From Priapulus caudatus (lineage: Eukaryota): a stretch of 64,000 nucleotides of DNA. Positions within the stretch are counted from its first letter, which is position 1. Each line of letters starts with the position of its first letter. The DNA lies in assembly GCF_000485595.1 (NCBI RefSeq), contig NW_014577081.1, positions 701,671 through 765,670 on the forward strand. The letters run 5' to 3'. Positions 52,001 to 64,000 of the stretch are shown here, piece by piece. The notes beneath the pieces are model-generated. The model was not told the DNA's origin and did not search any database. It worked only from the letters and a program-made list of their open reading frames with translations. A program made the position numbers and the translations under genes.

Positions 52001-54915
52001 AATGCAACGGCGGCGAGAAAATATCGAACGGATCAATTTAACAGGCGCACGGCGTGGCATTGAAGCGCAAAAATATGACCGGCGTTTATGCGATCATAAT
52101 TACTAAGCCACTATATAATATATATATATATATATTATTATTATATATATATATAATATTTATTTATAGTATGTATATAATATATATATATATATAATGT
52201 GTGCCACTGCGGGTGGGCTTATATGCGAAACGTAATATGTATTAACGCGGCGCCGGCGCCATGTTTTATTGGGTTTCTAAAATAACGCTGCGGTTCTAGT
52301 TTTCTGTCATTTATTGTGTGCGTGAGCGTGACACTGGATCCGCGTGAGCGAATCATGATGATCCCCGGAACAAATCACTGGATCCGCGTTGACGGGATAC
52401 TGTCGCGGATAGCGGACGCGGACGGATCACTGGATCGCTGTGAGCGGGATCACTAATTTCTCGCGAACAAGACCACTGGAATCCGCGTGATGCAGCGGAA
52501 TCACTGGATCGCGTCGAGCGGGATCACTAGATTCTCGCGAACAGACCACTGGATCGCCGTGAGCGAATCACTGGATCGACGTGAGCGGATCGCTGGATCG
52601 CGTGAGCGGGATCGCTGATCGCTGCGCGCGATCGCTAGACCGTTACGCCGTGAACGGTCATCCTTTAATCGCCCCGACAAGCACTCCCTTTTGGTAGTTC
52701 ATAGAGAACCCTCGCTGCTTGTTCCCGACTAAACATCTGTTCCGTCGCATACACTTTACGCGTTTAGCTTCGTCGGGGGTTTACTCCGCCCTTTCGCAAT
52801 TGGCCAGTAGGATAGGTGACTTAGAGTCCGAAGCGACGATCCGACCCCATCGAGATTTTTAGCAAGTTGACTCGAGCCTTTTGTAAAACCATGATGTAGA
52901 TACGCCATTCTCTTCTCCAGATATGGCATATTGAATACACAGAAACAAAGAATTGGCATTCCGTATGTATCTACGGCACTCGCGAATCACTCCTAAACTG
53001 GTCGCGCCGTACATTGTCTCCACACACGAAGCGTTGTCTCGATCCATTACCATCTTACCCCAGGCGATACGCACCACAATCTTTACGGATAGCGACTCCG
53101 GTCACGTCTAGAAGAGTATTAGTGCTCGTAGCTAACCGCTGAAAGTACGCACTGCTTTATCGTCTGCCTGCAGTAATAGCCAATCCGACCAGAGCAGGTC
53201 CGTGCTGCAATACGACACAACAGCTGCGAAGCTTCATCATGCGATGTCCAGCAGTGCAAGCCCAACGCCGGCCGTTTGGTTGGCTTAGTTTTGGATGTTT
53301 GGAACGAGTGCGACTCGTTAGGCGACTAATGATGCAAGGAGGGATAAAGACGATGGAGGCCGCAATATATATATAAGTATATTGTGTGCGTGTGGGCGTG
53401 TTTTCGCGTGTGGTGTGTGTGTGTGGTGTGTGTGTGTGTGTTGAGTGTGTGTGTGTGTGGTGTGTGTGTGTCGTGACGTGATGTGTGTGTGTGTGTGTGT
53501 GTGGGTGCGGCGTGCGTGGGCGTGCGTGTGCGTGGCGTGTGCGTGCGTGGCGTGCGTGCGTTGCGTGTGCGTGCGTGCGTGCCGCGTCGCGTGCCCTAGC
53601 CCGCGAACCGCCGGGGGGGGTCAGGTGGGAGTGTTCTGCGTATGCGGGTGGTGTTGTGTGTGTGCGCGTGACTGCTCTTTCTAACATTCTTTGCTAAGTT
53701 AATGCGATAAACGCACGAGTTATCGAATGCACGGGTAAAAGCTTTTAATGAAAGAAAACGACAACAACAGGAAGGTTCTCTCACAGCGACCCACTACAAC
53801 GGCTCTCTATACCGTAGCGAAGCTGAGCTGAAGCCGATTATGACGTGGACGGGAACGGATGCTGCGTGATTTACATCCGGAGGATGAGGATGTATTGAGT
53901 TCGCCTGGGAGTTCTCAGCCTGACTATTATCTCTGCTCTACAGTTTGCCCGTACGCAATCGCTTTGACGCACACAGCGTTGCCGATCACGAGAATGGAGA
54001 ACAAGTATTCGTCTATAACTTCACAGCTGAAGCAATTCAACTGTATATCGCTGGTGGGAGGCGGGCGCGATAAATAATGCATATAGTGGTAAGGCACGAC
54101 GCGAAGCAGAGAGACACGCGCCGCGCCTCAGACAGTTCTTTTATCCCCCAATAAGATTGATGAGCGCATCTATTAATTACAGAACCGCTGCCGCGTCTGC
54201 TGCCGCTCTCAACGAATTCTTCTGAAGAGGGGAATTCTTCTGAAGAGGGGAATTCTTCTGAAGAGGGGAATTCGAAAAAAAAACACGCATCCCGGCGCGC
54301 GGCGCACAAAGAAAGACGTTACTCGCGCGCCATCTTTGCTGTCGAATTTATCAACCTCCGCCATTTTGGTTGTCCAGCCGAGCGAGGCGTGATTGTGAAT
54401 AGTCTGGGTGAACACGGCGGTAATAAATAACGCTGATAGTCGCGGGAAAACCGCGTCGCAGCGGCATTTATAGCAAATCAAAGTTAATGAAACGGGTTAT
54501 CTACAGAGCGCACCGATTGTCACCCCATTTCATTGCTAAACGGACTAAATATTGCCTTTGACGGACTCACCCAACTTTCTACACGATTCAAATATAGATT
54601 TCATCCTTAAACGGATCAAATATGAGCTTTGTCCGCCTTCACTAACCTAACGCATAAATAGATATAATAACTTCTGTAGATATTGCGATTTGCCCAACTG
54701 ACTACTAAACTTTTCTAGGAAGTTAATTTCATCAGCATCTAAATGCTAAAGTAGTATTGCCACGTATTTCGATTTCAAATTGCGATTGCTCTCAGCGTAT
54801 AGAGTATTCAGTATGAAAGTATAATAAATCTGTTGACTTAGTTTGATTTCGTGTTACGCGCGACATAGCTAGAAGTATGCTACTACATGCTAGAAGTATG
54901 CTACTACATGCTAGA
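46050..54915. repeat. Large imperfect inverted repeat, 46050-48820 vs 52150-54915, enclosing a ~3.3-kb spacer
   Basis: Collinear reverse complements with indel noise. Spacer parts are also duplicated at 36180-36940, 37100-38245 (inverted) and 38310-39347 (direct). Confidence 0.93.
48316..48650. repeat. ~20-bp minisatellite (GATCCAGTGATCCCGCTCACGCG), mirrored at 52320-52635
   Basis: Directly visible. Confidence 0.85.
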
Positions 54916-57829
54916 CGCCCAATATCGCTCCCCGATGTTGAGCTTTATGTGAAGTTGGGGTAGATTATATGAAAATTTAAGGAAGGGAAGAAGAAGCAAA
55001 ATGAAATGAAGGAGACAGGCGGTAACGAGACGGGGGAATGTAAGGAGAACAATGGAAGGTGGTTGGAGAGAATAGAAGGATGCATAAAAAGAGGAAACTG
55101 CGCATGGCGCGTATATACAGTAGACATTCCATTACTTAATGATACCGTCACGGTCCAATTGCTAACGGCGATGATAAAAAACTGCATCACTAATGAGCGA
55201 AAACCTCTCTGAAATTACAATGCATCAGCGATTTCATTCGCTGATAAATCTAAAATAATTCGTCAAAACTTATCGGGGAAAAGATAAGAAATCCGCTCGC
55301 TGTGCGATAACCCGATAATAGTACTGATAGAATATGAGATTTCTCTCTCCTTCTCCCATTTCCCGTTCTCTCACGCTATCTCCTTCGCTCTCGCTCTGTT
55401 CCCTCCCTCCCACCCACTCTCTCGCTTTCTGTATCTCACGCTCTTTCTCTTTCCCCTCTCTCTCCCCTCTCTCTTTTCCCTCTTTATTTCGATTCTCTTT
55501 CGCTCACTCTCCCTCTCCATCTCGCTCTCCCTCGTGCACCGACAGCGCTCTCATAGAGGTATCTATTGGGTGATTACATAATTTAATATGGGTCATTAGT
55601 GATACATTACGCCGCATCTGTTTGGAGACATCGTCGCTTTTATTGTCGCACCTGTCGGCGTGTCTCGTTAAATGCGAAGGAAGCAAGACACTGTATAGCA
55701 TTGAACGTGTTTAAAATTAACTGTCACATGCCAGCTAAGAATCTCAAATCTAAGATTCTCTGCCACCGGGACTTTGGCACCAAGCGTAAGAAATATCGAG
55801 GAAAGCTATATAGCAGAGCACTCTTATCTAACGGGAAGATATACGAGGCAGTTAAATTATATAGGACTCTTTATTCGAGTTTTTGTCGGTGGCAAAAATA
55901 ACTGACATCGTAGTCGCGCGTGCGGAAATCTCTTAGAGCAACTTCACTAAATGTGAAGCTTGCAGGAACTTGACCGTTAAAGATAAGCACGCAACAGCAC
56001 AACCATCTGCCATTATTAGTTTTTATGCTGTACGTAATAGACTTGCAGGTTCACTAAATAACGGCTTTCAGCGTATATCGGTTATCTCACGGGAGGTAGG
56101 CACGCGGCGGCCATGTTGGCTGTCCGCCATGACACGCTGAAGCAGACGAACGAAAATTCATATTATAATGTTATGTCATATATCCATGACCGAATGACTA
56201 CACCTTATTAGACTACCCAAATTAAAAAGAAAAATTGAGAGAGAAGGGAAAGAGAACAAAAGCGGGAGAATGGGAGAGGAATAGAGAGAGAGAATGATGG
56301 GAGAGATAGAGAGAAGGGGGAGAGAAGAGGAGAGAAAAAGGGAAAAAAGAGAAAGGAGGAGGATGTGAGAGAGAGAGAGAGAGCGTGAGCGACAGAGAGA
56401 TATGGGAGAGAGAGGGAGAGAGAGAGAGAGAGAGCGTGAGAGATAGGGGAAGGCAGGGGTAGAGTGAGAGAGAGAAAAGAGATGAGAGAGAGAGAGTGGG
56501 ATAGAGAGGAAAAGGAGGGAAGCGGTGGAAGGAGGAAAAGATCAGTCATGCTGGCCAGAGTCGCCACACACGTTTACTCAGTGTCTTCACAAAAACACAA
56601 AACAACGCAAAATAACATTCAACAACAACAACAACATCACGATTTCACCTTCGCGTTATTTAACCCTTGCATTTGCACGACGAGTGCATGCGAATGACCA
56701 CGACCCACGAACCTCGAATGTGTTCACAATCGTCGAGACGGCCGCTACAATAAATGAGTAGACTCATTGATTAGACGGCTGAAGCAATAGGTCTAAACAG
56801 TTACCTAGCGGTGGTCGCGTGTAATCGCTTCATGTTTTCGCCGCTGCTCCGCCAAATCGCCCCATGAGTATACTCACGAGCACTATACTCAACTCCCAGT
56901 TACGGTCGAGCGAGCGGCCGGAGTCCGTGACATACGCGGAGGAACAACATATTCTGCTTGCATCTATGACAATACGACATACGCATATACGCTCTCCTAT
57001 GACACTATTTGCCATAGGAAGATTCTTCCACACAAATTTCCTCCGCTCTCCTCTCCTCATTCTCACAGACATCTCCGATCCGCGGTGGACGGCTTCGCCT
57101 GAAACCCCAGCGCCTCTGACGCGAGCTGCAACACTTGTAATGGAATTCTTGATACAAGACATGCAATTACACTCAGCGAGACGGCGAATTACGCCGCATT
57201 ACGCAGACGGCTCGCTCTGCATGCGCGCGCTAGCGAGTGGCGGCGGCGCCGGGCCGGCAACGTCGGCTCTGACGACGCCGAACTGTTTGTAATCGCCGCG
57301 GGGTTGCGTCCGAGCAATGATGAGATTGTTGTCTCACCCGGCGGGCGCCGCGAGCGATTACGCTGATCAGTGAGTGAGAGCCACGCGCGCAGCAGGAGCA
57401 TTCCTATACAGGAAATGATGACGCAGGGCGGTCGCCTGACGCGCCGTGACGTCATCAAACGACGCGAATGGCGCGAGCGTAGTCATGTCGGGCTTTGGCG
57501 TTGTGGCCTTTGGCTTACTTATTGCGTGCGGGCGCGTGTTTGTGCGTGCATGCGAGCGTGCGCTATCATACAGGCGTAGCTGCATGCATCTCAAAATAGC
57601 AAACGACGTGCCTCTTTCCGTTTCTCTTCCATACGTACTCTCCTCATTCTTCCGGCTTTCTAAATTACTTTCGTGCCGAAATGGCGCGTGCGGCCGACCA
57701 GTCGACTCGCATTTACATGTAAAATGCCCGCCAACGAATTTGGTGGTAGGTCGCCGTTGCTGTAAACAAACACACGCACACACACGCGCGCGCACAAGTG
57801 AGCTCTCACACAGCGCACACAAACCTACG

Positions 57830-58640
<811 letters not shown>

Positions 58641-59619
58641 ATCGCTCTGTTTCTGTCTCACCCACCCTTCCCCTCCCATTCCTCTCACCTCCCCTGCTCT
58701 TCCCTCTCCGCTTCCTCTCTCACGTTCTCGTGCGTGCATTCGAGCTGTGGTTCTCGGCGCGACGACGGTTTCGTTCTCTGAGTGCTCGCGCGTCATTAGT
58801 GATGACGTCATCAGGCAGCCATCGCGCTCGCGCCCTGTGATTGTGATCGCAGATGTTTGATGGCATGACGCCACTATGTAGAACGCGCGCTCGCACTCTG
58901 CTGAGGCCGCTTTGACGCCCGCAAGTCATTCGCTAGATTCCTAAAACGTTGACAATTTTACGCCGATAATTCGAAACTAGGAATTGATGCTTTGAATACT
59001 AAAACCGTAAGTACTAAACTAACGTACGATTTCCGGTGCAAACGATAAACTGCCCGCAGAGTCACCTGAATTAACAAGAGAATTAACAAATCATAGATTA
59101 GCGTGCGCACTTTCTTGCGCTCAGTGATGTTTCTGTATAATCCACCGAATGTTCACGAAAGAAGATCAGAGTGGGTGCGAAGCTGCTTATATGTGAAACG
59201 TTTTTTCCTTTATTTTGCTGTTTTCGCAAGCTGCGGCATCTTCCTTGTTCTTCGTTCCATGCTATTAGTTCGCCATCGCCGTGTAACGCACGACCGTCGT
59301 CAAACGACGGAAAAACTACGTGTTTTTCTCACTTGGTCTACGGAGAATAACTTATTTACGACTAATGGCGGTGGTCTGAAAAAGGTTCGCTCACGACTAT
59401 CGCGCTATACTTTGCAGGGCTTGCACCGTTTCTTTCAACGTCACGGTTAATAATTTATAAAAAAAAACCATTGCGTGCCTTATCCCGAGAGGTAGAAAGA
59501 GCTAGACGAGAGGTGAGAGCGCGCTAGGCAGACAGATATAGAGGGAGCGAGAGAAAGATAGAGACCGAGACAGCGCGCGAGATAAATAGATATATGGCTT
59601 GATGGCTGGATAAATGAAT

Positions 59620-61450
59620 TGATGGATGGATGAATGGATAGACGGACGGACGAACGGACGGACGGACAGACGGACGGATGGATGGATGGGTGGATGGGTG
59701 GTTTGTGGTTTTGTATGGGTTGGCCTTAGGTGGATGGATGGATGGATGGATGGATGGATGGATGGATAGATGGAAGGATGGATGGATGGATGGANNNNNN
59801 NNNNNNNNNNNNNNNNNNNTCATCCCATGCCATCCGATGCCGCATTGCCATTCATCCATCCATCCCATGCCAGTGAGCCATCCATACCATCCATTCCATG
59901 CCCCAATCCACTCTCTCCATACCCATACCATCTACGCCATTGCGATTCCGATTGCCATCTCATGGCCATTCATCCGGCGGTATCACATGCCATCCATTCC
60001 ATTCATCGATCCGTCATACCCATTTCATGCCCATCCACCATCCCATTCATGCATCCATTTCCATCCCATCCATCGCATGTCCATCCATCCATGCCATCCA
60101 TTCATCCCATCCATGCCATTCATCCCCTCCAATCCATCCATCCATCCTCATCAATCCATGACCACGCGCGAGTGCCGAGACCATCCATCATTGCGATGCC
60201 CATCCATCCCATGCCATGCATCATCCATTTCATAGCGCCATGACGCATACCTCTCCATTCAATCATACATCCAATTCAGCCATGCCATTCCATCCATCCA
60301 CTCCATTCCATCCCATCCCATGCCATCCTTCCATCCAATCATTCCATAACTAATTCCATGTCCATCCATCCATCCATCCATCCATAACCATCCATCCATC
60401 CATGCGACCATGGCCATTCCATCCATGCCATCTCACTTCATACTATGAACATCCTCCATCCATCTGCATTCTGTCTGCGCCCATCTATCCATCTCCATTC
60501 CATCCACTCCGCGCATCCATCCCATGCCATCCATTCTCATCCACCCATTCCATCCATCCATTCATGCCATCCTATCATGCCATCCATTCCATTGACCATT
60601 CATCGCATTTTCTCTATACCATCCACTCGCACTGACCATTCCATTTGCCATCATCCATCCATTCCATCCATGCCATGCCATGCCATCTCATGGGCCATAC
60701 CATCCATCTGCATCCCATCCATCGCATGTACCACGGCTCATCCGCCATCCCATCACCCATTCATCCATTCCATCCATCCATCATGCGCGATCCATCTCAT
60801 ACCGATGCCATCCATCCTATGCATCCATCCATCCATACCAAGTCCATCCATTCCATCCATCATTCCCATCACCATCCAATCCATCCATTCCATCCATCCA
60901 ATCATGCCATGCCATACCATCCATCCATCCATCCATCCATCCATCCATCCATCCATCCATGCCATTCCATGCCATCATCCATATGGCGCATCCATTCTCT
61001 ATTTTACTCCATGCCATCCAGTTGCCATCGCCAATTCCAGTCCATCCATGCCATACCATTCAGTGCCATCTCACGCGAATAAAAAAAAACCATCATCCAT
61101 CCATTCATTGCCAGTCAATCCATCCTATGATGCCAATCCCATGCTCATCATCCATTCATGCCATTCCACCATCCCATCCAATCCATCATCTATCACTATC
61201 AATCCCATGCGACATGTATCGGCATACCATCCATGCCCATCCATGCCATTCCGCATGTCCATCCATTGCCATCATCCATCTATCATTACCATGATGGATG
61301 GATGGATGGATGGATGGATAGACGGACGGACGAACGGACGGACGGACAGACGGACGGATGGATGGATGGGTGGATGGGTGGTTTGTGGTTTTGTATGGGT
61401 TGGCTTTAGGTGGATGGATGGATGGATGGATGGATGGATGAATGGATAGA
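59620..61450. repeat. (GGAT)n / noisy (CCAT)n / (GGAT)n tetranucleotide block
   Basis: Directly visible. Confidence 0.93.
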
Positions 61451-63579
61451 ATGATCGATCGATCACGCCGAACGACCTACCATATTTTACGACCTCACTA
61501 GGCAATATATACTACACGCGGGTTTTTCGACCGTGGAGACTTTCGCTTTCTCTAATCCGCTGTAAGCACTAAAAGCGGAGATCGTACACCATCCGCTGTG
61601 GTAATCACATCGCTTCGGGTATCACTCCGTCCTGTGACTTTTGCGTGACTCCATCGTCTTTGAAAGCCCACTCACGTTAGTCTGCCTGTACGAGGTTTGC
61701 GTGCTAACGTCATCAGCAGCGTCATCCAGATCCCGCCGCTCCCAGTGCGGCAGGGTTTATGTCACTTGTAGCTGCGGCATAGGCGAGCACAACGCTCGAT
61801 ATTTACTAAAGTCGACAATATTCTGCGATTATTGCGCTTCTCTCTCATCCCGACGTCTCTTATCCCCGTGTCCCATAAGACCTTCGCTCGAGACCGAAGT
61901 TTTAACCAAATCTGCGACAGTGACGTATGCGAATAGTCGTGCCGGCGCGCTGACCCATTACAACTTCGTGTGCGACAGCCCGGCTTAACGTACCGAGTCG
62001 ACGCAAGAAAAACGCAACTTTACGACGTCGAAAAATAATCTTAACTCTTTCGCAAACGATGCGAATTAATTAAAGATGGCGGTCGTGGTGCGCGATACAC
62101 AATTTGCGAGTGCACACTTATCTGCACCGGGGAAACCTGAATGGGACGAGCTGAGCGTCGCCGCCTGTTGACACCAGCAGCGTCATTGGAGCGAATTCAA
62201 AATAAATCTCGCGCTTAAATTTCTTGTTGCCACGTCACCCGACGAGCGCGCGGCTCGTGGGGACGAATGCGTCTTTTATTTTACGTGATCGCGCCGATTG
62301 CGACTGCGAATTTACCTCGTAGTACCGTCGAGTTGCGCTTGACTTGGCTTCAAATTGCTCCGTTAGACAGTCTCTAGAGAGAGGGGGGAGAGGGAGCGCG
62401 AAATTAGCATCCTTCGCTGCACGGGAGAGGGGGTGGGGGATTGCGTCGATAGGGGGAGCTATCGTCTGCGTATTCTTTACGACCTGGAATCGTGGATGGT
62501 TGTTGTGCGCGGTGCGCGTTCGCATGGAGATTTGGTCGCGAGGCGGCGCAAGACGTCAACAGGGAAGAGGTGGGCACGCACGTACGCGCGTACGCACGCA
62601 CGCACGTAAGCACGCAAACACGCACGCGCTCACATGCACGCAAGCACGCAGGCGGCACGCACGCGCGCACGAACCCCTCGAACCCACACCGAATATGTGC
62701 GTCAATTTCGAACATAATAAGAAACTAGAACTAAACCATTCGTCTAATCGCGTGTGAGGCGCGTTCGAACGATACAGCGGTGAATACGGATTTGCAGTTC
62801 TTATACACTTCTAGCCGGATCATATATAGGCGGTGGTTACGTGTTTAGGTCATAGAACTAGAATGGAAGTTCTATTCTAGTTCTATGGTTTAGGCGCGCG
62901 GTACAATTGATGTTTGTACTGCGCTCGCGGTAAAAGCAGCCGTGGACTTAGCTTGCAACGAGGGAATTCGTGATAGAGGGAGCTACGGTAGAATTGCTCG
63001 TATGTGTCTGCGCGCACGGATTTATAATTCTGCGCCAAATTGATGCGACAGTCGAGAGCACTGAGCCTTGGCGTGGGCTCGCATATTATATATCACCAGT
63101 AAAGACCTAGCCGCCTGCGACACTTAGATACATAGCTTTTCTCGGATGATTCTAATCCTATCTGCGATGGTTTAGACGTGACAGCTAAGATCGGAGCGAT
63201 GTGCAAGTCCGAATCGAAAGCGCCTCACAGATTCGTTATCTACAGAGCGTAGCATCTATTAGTGAAATTGAACCCATCGCTGAAACAATCGAAGCCACGT
63301 CGTCCGATGTCAATATGTGTTTTTTGATTGAGAATTCTAAAAACATTTAAAAGATATTTTCTTTTTATTGCAACATTTGTCCCCAAATTTTCCGAAAATA
63401 TGCCGAATTTTTATCTTTATTCTGTTTAATTTGCGATGAAAATTGCGTTTTACTTCATCAATTTCTATGTACATCACATGTAGCATGCTTTATTAATCAG
63501 AATGAATGAAGCACACACACACGCGCGCACGCATGCACGCACAAATACACATGATTAAATAAAAAAACATGTTTTGTGT

Positions 63580-63641
63580 AAGTGTGTGTGTGCGCGCGCG
63601 TGTGCGTGTGCGTGTGCGTGTGCCTGTGCGTGTGCGCGTGT

Positions 63642-63673
<32 letters not shown>

Positions 63674-63785
63674 CCGCGTGCGTGTGTGCGTGCGTGTGTG
63701 TGTGCATGAGCGTAAGCGTGTGCATGTGCGCGTGCGCGCGCGCGCGTGTGTGTGTGTGTGCGCGCGTGAGAGTATGCTTATGAGC

Positions 63786-63830
<45 letters not shown>

Positions 63831-63895
63831 AGCGTATGCGTGTACGTGTGCGTGTGCGTGTGCGTGTGTGTGCGCATGTGCGTGCCTGTGTGTGT
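63580..63895. repeat. (TG)/(TGCGTG)n microsatellite
   Basis: Directly visible. Confidence 0.93.
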
Positions 63896-64000
63896 ATATA
63901 TCCTGTAATATCGCCAGCTCCTTCATCGCTAACTGTCGCATTGCACCAAATCTGATGTGCATGCACGGCAGTCCGAGGTCTATAGACTGAACGGACTTTT

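Noticed and set aside
56830..57292. Overlapping 110-aa and 142-aa ORFs in non-repetitive sequence
   Set aside because: No domain similarity or coding-like codon bias comparable with the Shab exons

Overview
Microsatellite-rich animal (invertebrate-like, CpG not depleted) draft genomic DNA with six N-gaps. The only gene I can support is the 3' part of a Shab/Kv2 (KCNB-family) voltage-gated K+ channel. The S2-S6 exon is at 9747-10787 (+). It is followed by five phase-compatible exons (11314-11446, 13665-13824, 14210-14418, 21089-21198, 24399-25721) giving a ~785-aa cytoplasmic tail. The S1 exon (8157-8234) lies on the opposite strand, just before a gap. The T1/N-terminal exons were not found. 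The rest is satellites (44, 53, 82 and ~540 bp units), telomere-like tracts and microsatellites. About 36.2-48.8 kb consists almost entirely of noisy inverted or direct second copies of sequence found elsewhere in the window, most likely raw long-read gap filling. Comparing the copies exposes real variation, including a ~409-bp Harbinger/Tourist-like MITE with its empty site. I found no convincing new multi-gene system. The most interesting candidates are the opposite-strand channel exon, the satellite abutting a splice acceptor, the Cys4 motif in the Kv2 tail, the polymorphic MITE and a possible inversion between a (TA)n tract and a G-rich minisatellite.
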